Of a stretch of 64,000 nucleotides of DNA, positions 1 to 11,977 are shown one piece after another (the stretch's first letter is position 1; the number at the start of each line of letters is the position of its first letter). The DNA comes from Callorhinchus milii. Taxonomy: Eukaryota. The translations under genes and the position numbers were made by a program. The notes under the pieces are model-generated. The model saw nothing but the letters and a program-made list of their open reading frames with translations. It was not told the origin of the DNA and searched no databases. Location of the stretch: the NCBI RefSeq assembly GCF_018977255.1, contig NW_024704745.1:20026001-20090000 (forward strand), written 5' to 3'.

Positions 1-794
1 ATTCAGCTATAAAGCGGATCACATGAATAGTAGATTCATCCTGAGGTTATTTAGAAGATTATCAGAACGTTCATACTCTTTAAATCACGAGACAAATCTT
101 AATTCTTTATTTCAATTAAAGACTGGTTTGACTTTTAAGACTGTAATCTAATATTGAAGTTTTGATGACTGAAACCACCTAACCTTTCTTCTTGTATTTG
201 AACTCCTCATAGATTATTGAACCACTGGAAGCAATTGCAAAATGGTAGTTTTTAATTTGCAAATCAATTTATACAGTTAAGGAATCTGAGGAAGCGAACA
301 TTTCCCCCCAAAAGAATAAAGTGTAATGATTATCTCTGAATTACAGGAAATAAATGATGTAACAATAGTTTATGTATCCCATGTGTTATAGGGAGGATGT
401 CTTGTTAAAATCAGGTGCACCATACCATACAATCTCCCACTATCAACCTGCCCAAAATTCTAATTAAGGTTTTAGGACTTGACAAGCCCAGTTAAATGTA
501 ATGCTTTACACCCAAAGGTCTATATGAGGCTATATCTTGGGTGAAAACTACAGAGACCACTTTCCAGCAGTTGGTTGATTATGATCTGGATGGGAGAGGG
601 TTGGAGCACACTGTAGCATGTAGTCATAGTTGCTTAGAGTGTTTAAAGGGAAGGCATGATAATTGTTCAATAGTGCAGAAGGATTATCATGGTAGAAGAG
701 ATTTAGTTTACAATTTTGTTTGAATCACTCGTAAGAGGCCTTGTAGATTAAGTCTAAGTCATGGTTCACGAGTTATAATAATCTTGGCATTTAA

Positions 795-1240
795 TATTAA
801 AAATCCTTATATTTAATATAGTGCCTTTCATGTCAGGATGTCTCAGAGCATTTCACAGAATTTGCATCGTGAATGTATTTTTGTGGGCAAATGTGGCAAC
901 CAATTTGTGGATTGCAATGTTCCATGTAGTGATTGACCAATTTTATTTGGGGATTGTTGGCCAGAACACTGGCAAAAACTTCCTTCTCTTTTTGAATAGT
1001 GGCATGGGATCATTAATGTCCACCTGGACTGGCAAGACAGGACTTTGGTTTAACATCTCATCCAATGAATTTCACAACCAACAATACAGCACATATAAGA
1101 ATGAGTTCAAAGTGCCAATGTGGGCCGTGAACCCGCAACACTTTGACTTGGGTGAGAGTTGTGGGATGTCCTCCTGATTGGAAAGATGCTACATAAATGT
1201 AAATTTGTATTGAGTGCTACTGACTGAGCCAAGCTGACAC
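795..1240 (-). mobile_element. DeuSINE (SacSINE1-like), with a + strand L2-type 3' tail inserted at ~1163-1211
   Basis: Reverse complement gives tRNA-like head GTCAGCTTGGCTCAGTCAGTAGCACTC, Deu core (CAGGTGGACATTAATGATCCCATGCCACTATT) and tail ...GAAAGGCACTATATTAAAT. Confidence 0.75.
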
Positions 1241-1544
1241 TTTTCAATGTTTTGGTAATTAGTATTGAATACATAAAAATACAACATACAGTACACGATT
1301 ACGCTTCTCTTTCCGAGCTGTTTCCCTCACGAGTGATTAGTAGCTATTTGAAAAAGTAAATTACCTGCAGGCATTTTAAGTGATTATGTAATTGTGTAAT
1401 AGTATTTTTGTGTTTTACTACGTTTGCTATGAATAAGGTCATATTTTAATATTTTACTATAAAAATCCAATTTGCAGAATAATTGGTGTAGTGCATAATT
1501 GTCATTTGCAAATTTTCCGTATCTAAGTAAAGCACATACATGGT

Positions 1545-1790
1545 GGCCTGGCTTAGACATTAGCAATCTCGAATCTGACATTGAAGGTAGTGGGTTCAAG
1601 GCCCACTTCAGAACTTTAAATGCAGTCTAGACTGACATTCCAATGCAGTGCAGGGATGCTATGCTCCACATTGTTATGGTGCCATCGAATGAAACATTAA
1701 ACTGAGATCCGGTTTCCCAGTTGAGGTGAACCCACAAGATACAAAGGCACTATTTGAAACGAGAAGAGAGTTTCTCACAAGACCACTATT
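1545..1790 (+). mobile_element. DeuSINE 5' part (degenerate)
   Basis: GGGTTCAAGGCCCAC B-box-like head, CTGACATTCCAATGCAG and AGATACAAAGGCACTATTTGAA shared with other copies. Confidence 0.6.
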
Positions 1791-2235
1791 GGTCTGGCTG
1801 AAGAAGATCCTTCGACCCATCCAGGGTTATCCTTCCAGAAGACCTATCCCCTTATCATTGATTCAAGCTGCTTTTAAAACTAATCTAGCGACCTGGCCTC
1901 TACTACCTTCCTAGCAACCTGTTCTAGTTATTGATTACCCTCTGCATAAAGAAAAAGTTCCTGGATTCTGTCCTGAAACTGCCATTCATATATCTAAACA
2001 TATGACCTTTGTTTTATTATTTTGATACAACCTTGATACAATCCTGGTATAATTTTGCAATCCTAATTAAATTGCTGTACACTTGAGTCCACTCTCAGTC
2101 ATCTCTTTGAGACGTCTTGATGTGATAAGTTGCTAAATCAAATGCAAGCATTATATAACATCATAAGCACTTGCTTATATATCTGGAGACAAGTTTTTTT
2201 ATTAAGCCATTATTAGTCCCTGTTTTTTTTTACAG

Positions 2236-2412
2236 CATGTTGGGAAAGATTATCCACCTTCTGGAAGATTTAAACCTGGTTTTGGAAAGAGAGGTTTTAC
2301 TATGCAATCTAAATATATGCGTGTATATGGTGTTGGTTTTGGATGGGCTAATCACAAGATATTCACTAAACACTTCAGGGAAGGTATAGCAAGAAAACGG
2401 AGAGATGAAAGG
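2236..2412 (+). CDS. BCLAF3: BCLAF3 (CXorf23)-like, penultimate coding exon (59 codons, phase 0/0)
   Basis: Acceptor TTTTTTTTTACAG|CAT and donor AGG|GTAAGG. Open frame HVGKDYPPSGRFKPGFGKRGFTMQSKYMRVYGVGFGWANHKIFTKHFREGIARKRRDER resembles the recalled human BCLAF3 C-terminus (YIQAKYQRL...FRERLMRKKK). Lies upstream of SH3KBP1 on the same strand, as in human Xp22. Confidence 0.7.
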
Positions 2413-3045
2413 GTAAGGAGGCAATATGTTCATTCAGATATTTATTTTGATCTTGGAGGTACCGTATTTAGTTTGTAATAAGATATGAATTTTCATTCTG
2501 CAGATTTTAAGTGATTGATTCTGCATTATGTTTCACCATTTATTAATATATATTTTCATTTCCTCTTTCCTGCCATGCAATATTCTTGTCACAAGAAGGT
2601 AGGCAAGTAACCCGCAGCCAGTGAAGGTCCATGAATGAGAGCTCAGGTTAATTTGCTGCTCTTTTTTAAATCGTCTGCTTACTTTCTTCACTATTTTCTC
2701 ATGGTAGTGTAGATATTTCTTTATAAAGGCCAAGGGACCATTTCTGCATTCAGAATCAAAAATTCATCACAAAGTGGAACAACACAATTTTCTTCCAGAT
2801 CTAACAGCCATATAATGCCAGAATATCTGTGCATTAGAACTTGAGAACAAAAAACATTCTTTCTGAAAGGCAATGTGCAATGTTGCAGTTGAATGGATAC
2901 ATGGTTTTACAGGTATAAATATCAGAGATTCTAATGTAATGTTTAATTTGTTCCCTTTTTATTTCCCACTTTCTCAAAAAGTAGTGATCTTTTGACACCA
3001 TATAACCCTCTAACAATTAACTTATTGCATTTTCTTCTCGACTAG

Positions 3046-3075
3046 GAATTACCCAGTAGTACTACAGACAAGTAA
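3046..3075 (+). CDS. BCLAF3: BCLAF3-like, last coding exon (ELPSSTTDK*)
   Basis: Acceptor TTTTCTTCTCGACTAG|GAA, phase 0 matching the previous exon; 9 codons then TAA, followed by a long AT-rich repeat-poor UTR-like tract. Confidence 0.62.
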   Translation, partial: ELPSSTTDK

Positions 3076-5450
3076 CTGATTTATTCTTGGAAACACTGGA
3101 ATCCACAAGTCTTTTTGGGAATATAATATCTACAGAAGAATGCACTCCTTTCAGTTGATGTTTATCTGTACCCTGTGATGGCTAAAGTTTGTACACTGGA
3201 CTACGTTTTCTACATGTTAATGGCATATATTTGCAAAAATATCTTTGATCTGGATTTTAGTTAAACTTGTTTTGACACAGTTTTTTGATGAGACCGCTGT
3301 TTCCCGTTTACGATATTTTGATCAAATCTTTTCTCCCCTGTCCACCTCAGCCTTTTGTCTTAGTTTTTCTATAAATGCTAATTTACTCATTAACCTGAAA
3401 TGGAGAATATAAAAACACTAATAAACATTGAGATTCTGTTTACATGAAACTGTACGAATCAACGCATGATGCACCACGGTAGAAAATAACTGCATAGTAC
3501 ATTTATAAACCAGTAAGAAGCTTGAGGTGGATTTATAATTAATTCACATATGCAGAGGGAGAGGAAGAACTAAAATTTTATCTTGCAATGAGTGTCTAAG
3601 CTCCCCTTTGAAGGAGGATAAGCAGCAGGTGATTTTGTTTGATGTCAAACATTCTTTCAGTTTGTAAACTTTGCCAATAGGGTTTCAGATTTTGCTGGAG
3701 GTAAAGTATTTTTTGATTTCAGCACATTTATATCAAACAGTAAAAGTGATTCAGTATGAGAAATAGATCTTTGCTGTTTCACTGGTATGGGAATTATTTT
3801 CTGATGAGACCAGAGTAAATTGTGTATGGAAAGAAAAGTGTCAAAATTGCTAGAAATTTGAAGGAAAAGTTACAGCAAGTAATTTGTTTCTGAAAGGGAA
3901 AAATTGGTTGTTTCAGAGATCTTTTCATCGTTGTGTGTTGTGAAGAAAGCATAAATTTATTTCAGTAGCTTTTTCACATGTGCATTTCCACTGTGTAGAG
4001 GTTGGAATAAATAGAGAGATCGATAGTAAAGCTAAGAAGGAATAGTGAAGAAAAGTTAGAAATCTAGTCATAAGGAAAAGAGGGATACAAAAAATAGTGA
4101 GTATGGTATTGGATGATTATAAAAACGGAATGAGAGATTAAAAGAATCATATTAGTCATAGAATTGGTTGATTTTGTTCACTTTCCGTTTGTCCTGTGGT
4201 TTTGTTTTAGTGTATCAATTTCTCCGCGTAATATTTTTTAAACCAGTGTTGTACTATTTTTTCACATCTTTATGGTAGTGTCCAATACAATTCCAGAATA
4301 AGAATACATGTTGGAAGTGAACATTTAGCCTCCTGTACACGTTCAAAATACCTAGGTGGAAGTGCTTTTTTTGTTGGTAAAAATGGAAATTTGGTTCTAC
4401 AGAAAATGGAATATTTTATTCTGTCTCAAGAATTGGAACCACGTTAACTTTTCCCCTGGACCAGAAGGTCAAACTTTTCGAATGACTAAACATGACTATT
4501 ATGTAATGCTAGATTAATTCACTTCAACATCTAGTTAACATTTAATTCTCATGCAGCTTGAATATTAGAATGCAGTATTTTCCATGGAAATAACTATGTA
4601 TAACACCCACCATCCCTTTTTAAACCATGATAGAATCTGCTGTTTAGATTACTTTTTTTATACAAACACCTGGATAAGATTTCGTCAATAGGGTTTGCTT
4701 TATTATGCTTTAAAAGCCCAGTGTCATTGCATTAGCCATTGTCAGGATTTACATCTGTACTGAACCAGCTCAGGCTATTTCCATAATGTGGTAATTCTAA
4801 CCTCATCCACAGTTGGATTTGAATAAAAGTTGTGAATAGTGTGACAATATCACAATTTTGTAATGACATGTTAGCATGCGAGAAAATATTCTTCCTCTTG
4901 TTAATGTATTGGTCGTTCATTTAAAACCTTAAGATTTTTGAAAGTCTATGCAAAGATTTCTACCTTGTATGGATGCTTTTGCTTTTACCAGTTTTTGAAC
5001 CCATCTTGTTGGTTTAAATATGTAAATAACGTAAAAAAAATTAAAATCTGTACACTAGTTTTTTTGCGTGGTTATGTTTACCTTTCCACCAAAACTTATA
5101 AATGTATTAGTAAGTGTTTCAATGTGGATTTTTATTGTTTAATGTGATCCCCTTCAATACTCTTAAGACAATTGCAGTGTCAGGGACTCAGAACTGACGT
5201 GAAGCTATTTCTATAGTTGCATCCTTGCCTTCATCTATCAGGTTTGTGACTTCCTTTGCAGTATTGTCATTTTGAAATTAATAATTGAATTCTGCAATAG
5301 GTAGACTCTTCATTTTTAAGATTTTTTTGACCCAAATGCATTGACTGTATTCACATGCTTATGTATGGTTTTGGTTGTTTATTTTAAAATCGGCATAATC
5401 TTCTTTGACTCACTTGTTTACTGCATTAAATGTTCATCTATTGCTTCAAT
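3076..5450 (+). other. Putative BCLAF3 3' UTR
   Basis: AT/U-rich and free of the SINE/LINE copies seen elsewhere; poly(A) hexamers AATAAA (~3420, ~4822) and ATTAAA (~5425). True end not determinable. Confidence 0.45.
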
Positions 5451-5859
5451 CTGTATTTGTTGTGGTTTTTGTATTGTGCATGGCGAGTATCTTCATATAT
5501 TTGACTATCATAATTTTATTTCATCAGTTAATTTGTCACATGCCGAAAGATCACTATTCTAAAGAGTTTCCAATCCAAACTACTGTGAGTTAGGCATATG
5601 CATAGTTCTACATATGCATGGTTGGTTTTATCCTACATGTCCAAACCAGGAACCTCCTCCTGGATACACACCTCTACCCAGTGAGCATGATTTCCATCGG
5701 TTTGAAGTGAGGAGCTTCAGTACTTTCCCCTGGTGCTGCTGAGACCCCAATCCACACTTTTATCACATTATGGTTTGGTTATTCCAATGCTGAACTCCCC
5801 AGCTAATCCCTACACAACTGCAGACCATCCAGAATTCTGCAGCTCATGTCCTCTGCCAC

Positions 5860-6075
5860 ACCGGGCTCTGCCAGGCTATCAACCCTCAGCTTCGCTTTCA
5901 CCACTGGATCAAATTCAAGAATTTTGTTCTCGCTTTCTGCGACATACTGCTCCAGCTGCTCCCTTTACTTGGCAAACGTCAGTCACGCCTTCCACCCACC
6001 ATCGGTGGGTGAGTTTTCAGCTCTTCTGCTCATGCTCTCTGGAACTCCATCTGGAGTTCCCCTGCCTTGACCCCA
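5860..6075 (+). mobile_element. L2 LINE 3' fragment (degenerate)
   Basis: CCACCATCGGTGG...TTTTCAGC...CTCTGGAACTCC motif shared with L2 copies at 13.8, 36.2 and 49.0 kb. Confidence 0.5.
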
Positions 6076-6585
6076 GCAGGTGCTGTTTACTGCTCAGAGT
6101 TATCAATCTTGGTATGTAGCAAGCCTGTATACATAAGCATGGTCACAAACCTAACACTCCAAGTCATGCCTTCCAACAGTTGTAGTATACTTAATTAAGG
6201 CCCTTATTTATGCCTTTGCAAAAAGAAATTCTAGCTTTGAAGCTGACTGGCTCTGGAGTGTTTTAGCAACAGACCAGTGCAAGCTGGTGCTTACTCCTGG
6301 ACTTTGCAAATGGGCTGGTTTATATAAAAAAAACTTTTTTGTTGCATGAAGAGGAACTTTTAGAGTTGTTTGGATACATGTTTATGCTTTACAATCTCTT
6401 CCTCAAAATGCACTCGTCTATCAACACCCCCAACACTGGATTACCGCCCTTTTGTCCACTGCCCCACCCACCCCAACAACTTGGGTGGCCAGACAGTTGT
6501 TTGAAGCAATTTGAGACATCCAACGTGAGATACTGTATATAAATTATAAATGTGATTTAGAATTCCAGCCATTATCTATCTTCTA

Positions 6586-7105
6586 TCTATACTAATAAAA
6601 CAGCAATGTCTGTCTGCTTCAAGAAGGATCTCAATAACCGATTGACATAGAGACATAATACCTCATCAGAAAGTCTTACTTCTCGGAGTGACATGGGCAT
6701 ATTTGTTTATCAGTATCTCCTTTGGTTCATGAGTTATTTTCAGTTTGGGTCTTTTCACAAGTTACACCCGGTGGCCGCCGAGTCAAAGTGGTGCTCTGTC
6801 ATTGTGTGTCACAGAGCACTTACGTATGTACGTATGCACTGCACTTACATCTGGTGGCCGCGCTGGCTGACCGTGGTGCTGTGCATCCAGCGTCACGGAG
6901 CATACACGTAGCCAAGCGGCGCGAACAAAATAACACAAATTAAGCTAAGCCACGGCAACAACAAAATAAAATTTTTAAAGCACTGAGTCCTCCCAAAAGG
7001 ACTTCTCCTACAGGAGTCCTCCCAGGTGAGTATAGATAAAAATTAAATGTCTATATCAATCTACATTCCATTTGGATCCTATGGTTGCGAATGTAGCTGC
7101 TTCTA
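6586..7105 (+). mobile_element. Non-autonomous Helitron-like element, copy 1
   Basis: Begins A|TCTATACTAATAAAA (Helitron-type 5' TC end); homologous to copies at 24.7-25.1, 39.8-40.0 and 51.3-51.7 kb, one of which ends in hairpin + CTAG|T. Confidence 0.65.
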
Positions 7106-7257
7106 AATAATTGAATATCCAAGTTGTTTCAGCCTGTTGAGAGATTTAATTGTGGGGGACAGTTTTGATGTCTTAACAAGTTTGACAATTATCCTGAATC
7201 ACACGTTTTATGTCCACTCTCAGATTCCCAGAACTGGATCGGGTACAATCTGATCGC

Positions 7258-7680
7258 TTAAGGTTGTTGCTTAAGGTTGTTGTTATTGGACCCCACACAT
7301 TCATCCTTAGTGTTCCTGTTCAAAAGAGGTATGCAATTGGAACTTTCTGGGGAGCAGGGATCTGTCACTGGACATGAATCCATCATATGGTAAGGATTGG
7401 TCACAAAGCATTTACAAAGGGGTCTTGGCGCTATTGGAGAGCACATGGTCATTTCAGGGTATGAAGGCACAGGGCAGTTGATAATCGGACCCCCCATTAA
7501 TGTTGGGCATACCGTTTTCAGAGGATATAATTTCAGCTGAGGGTATATCTTCCAACACAAATTCCTCGGAAAAGGTATGGATACTGAGGTGGTTTGTGCG
7601 GGCTTGCAACATGTGTTGGACGGGAAGCTTGAGCTGCTGCGTCTTGTCTCCAGGTTTCCTACACAACATCTCCCATACAT
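7258..7680 (-). CDS. Unrecognised 140-aa Cys/Pro-rich protein, single coding exon
   Basis: Minus strand reads branch-like CTAAT (~7724-7720), pyrimidine tract TTTCTATTTTTATTCACTATAG|, then GAAATAGAGCCACC-ATG (consensus GCCACC Kozak) at 7680. 14 Cys and 20 Pro in 140 aa; ATTAAA ~110 nt after the stop (7150-7145); not similar to any repeat seen in the window. Confidence 0.6.
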   Translation of the reverse strand: MYGRCCVGNLETRRSSSSFPSNTCCKPAQTTSVSIPFPRNLCWKIYPQLKLYPLKTVCPTLMGGPIINCPVPSYPEMTMCSPIAPRPLCKCFVTNPYHMMDSCPVTDPCSPESSNCIPLLNRNTKDECVGSNNNNLKQQP

Positions 7681-8128
7681 GGTGGCTCTATTTCCTATAG
7701 TGAATAAAAATAGAAACTGATTAGCATGAAAGTGATAAATAGCTGTTCTGATATTCCTTTGCTATTCATGAGAGAAGAGTTAAGCAATACAAACACTAAA
7801 TTAAAATAAGCTTTATATTATCTGACTAACCCCAGTAAAGGTTAAGAGGACAGTGAATGCAGCAATGACATAATATGATTATCATAAAACTTTCTGACTC
7901 TTCATTATGACACATCATAAAGCTTGCTAATGAAAATGTGTCATTATGCACCTGTCTAAATAACTACAGTCGCCTCACTTTACAGTAAATCCTATGAATT
8001 GCTTTTGAGACATCCTACCATGAAAGGTGTTCTATTGAATGCAAGGATTATTATAAATAATATCTACAAATATTATTATAAATAACATCTTTAAATATAA
8101 ATTATCTACAAACTGAATCTGAAGTTGT

Positions 8129-8230
8129 GTAGATTCAGAGGAAATGTCTTGTTTACAAACTTCTGATAAGCAGTTACTGGTAGATTCAAAGGAAATGTCT
8201 CGTTTACAAACTTCTGATAAGCAGTTACTG
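8129..8230. repeat. 51-bp direct tandem duplication
   Basis: GTAGATTCA(G/A)AGGAAATGTCT(T/C)GTTTACAAACTTCTGATAAGCAGTTACTG twice, 2 mismatches. Confidence 0.9.
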
Positions 8231-9009
8231 GAAACTCAAATCAAAAATGTGTGTTGATTATAATTTCCTTTAATTTTTAAGCAAATTGTGTTCGAATTAT
8301 CTCATTTGCCTCACACAAGCATTTCCTCAAATTGACTTGTACGTTAGATCTGCCGGGCGAATCTCTTCGAATTTGTCCATTGTGTTCACTTGGGGTGCAA
8401 TATGACCATTTCATATGACCTGAGCACAATGCTTCATCACAACACATGTGTTCTCAAACATCAAACTCCACCATTGTTCAGCGCTCTCAAATGCTACCCT
8501 GTGTGAAGGGTGCTATATAAATTCAAATTGTTTGAAACAACAGGTTAAATCAAACTATGTTAATAGATTGTTGTCTTCATGAGACCATTAATTGCAATAT
8601 GTTGCAACTTCTGTAACTTCTGTAATGCTTCTGTAATGCCTGGTACTTTTCTATTGTGAATTACACCACCCCCAAGAACAACAAGTGGTGGTATAGCCTG
8701 AAGGGTAAAATCCAATTGAGTGGAGGATATATAAAACAAAAACAATTCATTAAAAGAGGGACGATAAGTGCAAAAAAAGTATCAATGAATGAAATGGAGT
8801 TCTAGAATTTATAAAATAATCTACCAATAGCCTCATGATGGGCCATCACTGGAGAGCAGAATTTTGAAGAAATAGGTGTAGACAGATAAATTCAATGATG
8901 TCTGTGTTGCTGGAGTCAGAGGAAGGGAATATTGTCTGTGGAGTGGAGGACGCCAGGATTGCCTGTGTGAAGCGTGAGTGGTCTGGATTATTTCCATGAT
9001 TATCTTCAC

Positions 9010-9235
9010 AATTTGGGGAATTAAAAATCCCTTGGCACTATTCAAAAAGGGAAGGGTGTTTCTCCCAGTGTCTTGGCAAACAATGCCCAAGATAAAATTG
9101 GTCATTCCCTTCATGGCTGTTTGTGGGACATTGCAGTGCGCAATTTATGCACATGTTTGCCTACAAAATACAGTCACTATGCTTTATATTAAATCCTATG
9201 AAGTGCTACATCAAATGCAATGATTTATTATTACT
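9010..9235 (+). mobile_element. DeuSINE 3' half
   Basis: AAATCCCTTGGCACTATT...GGCTGTTTGTGGGACATTGCAGTGCGCAA...CAAATGCAA(TTA)n. Confidence 0.7.
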
Positions 9236-9737
9236 AATCTTTTCACACTCAGAACAAACCCATTAGGATACACGACATTTTTTAAAATTCAAAATTCAAA
9301 TTCAAATTGAAAAATTGCTTGGAATCCTGAAATATTCAGGATCTTTGTTTACCTCCTGTCAACCAAGCGCAGCGTTTTCAAATAGTCTAAATTGCACTGA
9401 GCTGGTTTCGGCAGTTACATGCTCAAGTGTTTGTTGCAATTAACTTTTGATTAAAATCTTGTCATCCAACAAGCATCGCCTCTCTGATTTACTGACTCGG
9501 CAACCCTTCCCAACTGAACCAGAGCGGGCAGCGTTCGAGAAGATTAACCGTGACCCTTAGAACCCGCACAAAGTGTGGCAGATTTGAAACCTTCTGAAGG
9601 GTACGCGGCGGGTGAGGGTGGGGGGGTGGGGGGGTGGGGGGGGGCTCTAAATGTTGAAAGGTCAAGCTTCTAAAACGAATGCTCCTCACTCCTGAAAGAG
9701 CGACACTCGGTAGAATTGAGACGAGATAGCATTCTCC

Positions 9738-9838
9738 GTCCATCCATCCATCCGTCCGTCCGTCCGTCCATCCATCCATCCGTCCACCCGTCCTTCCGTG
9801 CTTCCTTCCTTCCTTCCATCCTTCCGTCCTTCCTTCCC
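9738..9838. repeat. Compound (TCCA/TCCG/TTCC)n microsatellite
   Basis: Direct reading. Confidence 0.9.
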
Positions 9839-10394
9839 GACACCCCAGATCTCAAAAAAAAAAAAAATTTTTTTGCAAATGTTTCAAATGTTGTTGTTGT
9901 TTTTTTGCCTAACACTGGCCAGTCTGACGTGTGAAATAGGTCCAGCGCAGGTGAGTTCGATGTGCAATCGGGGGTTTGAGCTGCGGTCCATTCGCCCATC
10001 TCCAGCCTTGGTGGGTTGTGTGTGTGTTTTTTTTGGCCCCATCTGCCACCTCCTTGACATTGCGCGGTAGCCCCGCTACGTGTCGCTGCAGCGCCTGTGC
10101 GCGCGTGTGCGTGTGTGTGTGTGAGAGGGAGAGAGGGAGGGTTCCTGTGTGTCGAGTCCCTGCAGTGCACACAGATGGTAACTGCTGTAGTGGAGGCTGG
10201 AAACCCCGAGAAAAGGTATTTCATCATTTTATCTTTGAACTCACCCCTCACCCACCAAACCCCCCCCCACCCCCCACCGCCGCCATCACCACACCCCTCC
10301 GAAACTGGGCATACGGTGGGAGGAGGAGGAAGGAGGAGGAGGAGGAGGTGATGGTGCTGAGAGCCTCAACATAAACAGTCGGGGCAAAAAAAAA

Positions 10395-10439
10395 ATCATC
10401 ATCATCATCATAATAATAATAATAATAATTTCCCCCCCA

Positions 10440-10474
<35 letters not shown>
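10395..10474. repeat. Compound (ATC)n(ATA)n and (CA)n(GA)n microsatellites
   Basis: Direct reading. Confidence 0.9.
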
Positions 10475-10636
10475 CGCTCGGTGTGAGAGTGCAGCGGGTC
10501 CCGCACAGTCCAACCCCCGTCACGGTAACCGGGACCGCAGTGTCGCCGCTCTCGACGCGGACATATCATTCTGCAGCTTCTCTTACTCCATCTTAGATTT
10601 TCCTCTCGGGCGGGCGGTCGGCGCGCGGGGCGGCGG

Positions 10637-11020
10637 GTGAGTGAGTGAGTGGGTGGGTGTGTGCGGGTGAGTGGGGGAGGGGGTGGGGGGTGTGGGTGGG
10701 TGAGGGGTGAGGGGGGGTGTTGGTGAGGGGGGGGAGGGGGGGTTTGGGTGACGGGGGTGAGTGAGGGGTGAGGGGTGCGGGGGGGGTGTGGGTGAGTGAG
10801 TGGGTGAGGGGGGGGTGGGAGGGAGGTGAGGGGGGTGAGGTGAGGGGGGTGGGAGAGGGTGTGGGTGAGGGGGTGGGAGGAGGGGGTGGGAGGAGGGGAG
10901 GGGGTTGAGGGTGAGGGGGTTGGGGGGAGGGGGTGGGAGGAGGGGAGGGTGAGGAGGTGTGGGTGGGGGGGTGAGTGAGTGGGTGAGGGGGGGTGGGGGT
11001 GAGGGGAGGGGGAGGGGGTG
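10637..11020 (+). repeat. G-rich low-complexity tract (GGGTGA(G)/GGGGA units)
   Basis: Almost C-free on the + strand, immediately after the donor at 10636. Confidence 0.85.
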
Positions 11021-11199
11021 CGGTCGGTTGTTTAAGCCGTCACTTTGAATGGGACTTTAGGCCTCGCGCCTCCCCCGAGCGGCCGAGTTTGAGAGGCCTC
11101 ACCGGCCCCGACCGGTCCCCGCGTGCGGCTCAAATTTAGCCCGAGACAGCGGCGAGCCCGAGGCCTACAGACCGCGGCCATCACCCGGGCCCCGAGCAG

Positions 11200-11702
11200 T
11201 GGGGGGGGTTTGCTGAGGGGAGGGGTGGGGGGGGTTTGCTGAGGGGAGGGGGTGGGGGGGGGTTTGCTGAGGGGAGGGGGTGGGGGGGGGTTTGCTGAGG
11301 GGAGGGGGTGGGGGGGGGGTTTGCTGAGGGGAGGGGGTGGGGGGTGGTTTGCTGAGGGAGGGTTGGGGGGGTTTGCTGAGGGGAGGGGGGGGGGGGTTTG
11401 CTGAGGGGGGGTGGGGGGGGTTTGCTGAGGGGGGGTGGTGGGGGTGGTTTGCTGAGGGGAGGGGGTGGTGTGGGGGGTTGCTGAGGGGGTGGGGGGGGTT
11501 TGCTGAGGGGAGGGGGTGGGGGGGGTGTTTGCTGAGGGGGGTGGGGGGGGTTTGCTGAGGGGAGGGTTGGGGGGGGTTTGCTGAGGGAGGGGGTGGGGGG
11601 GTGGTTTGCTGAGGGGTGGGGGGGGGGTTTGCTGAGGGTGGGGGTGGGGTGGGGGGGGTTTGCTGAGGGGAGGGGGGGGGTGGGGGGGGGTTTGCTGAGG
11701 GA
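11200..11702 (+). repeat. G-rich minisatellite, unit ~GGGGGGGGTTTGCTGAGGGGAGGGGGT
   Basis: About 20 tandem TTTGCTGAGG cores separated by variable G tracts. Confidence 0.9.
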
Positions 11703-11811
11703 AGCTGCTGTGGCTGTGCTTTCTGAGCACAACTGCTGCTCTTTCTGAATCCTCGCCTGGAACCTGTGAGTTACACTGCAAAATTCTGCCATTGAATTTT
11801 TTTTGTGTATA

Positions 11812-11977
11812 AATATATATATATGTGTGTGTATATATGTGTGTATATATAGATACATATATGTATCTAGGGCTCAGGTGATTGATATATGTGTGTGTGT
11901 ATATATATGTGTGTGTATATATATGTGTGTGTGTATATAAATACATATATGTATCTAGGGCTCAGATGATTGATATT
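11812..11977. repeat. (TA/TG)n microsatellite with duplicated ATACATATATGTATCTAGGGCTCAG..TGATTGATAT unit
   Basis: Unit occurs at ~11852 and ~11941. Confidence 0.85.

Noticed and set aside
11200-11702. CRISPR-like repeat-spacer pattern
   Set aside because: Spacers are just variable G runs, there are no cas genes, and the context is eukaryotic.
11032-11946. Long Pro-rich (-) and Gly-rich (+) ORFs of 225-304 aa
   Set aside because: Translations of the G-rich minisatellite and microsatellites; open in several frames only because the repeat lacks stop codons.
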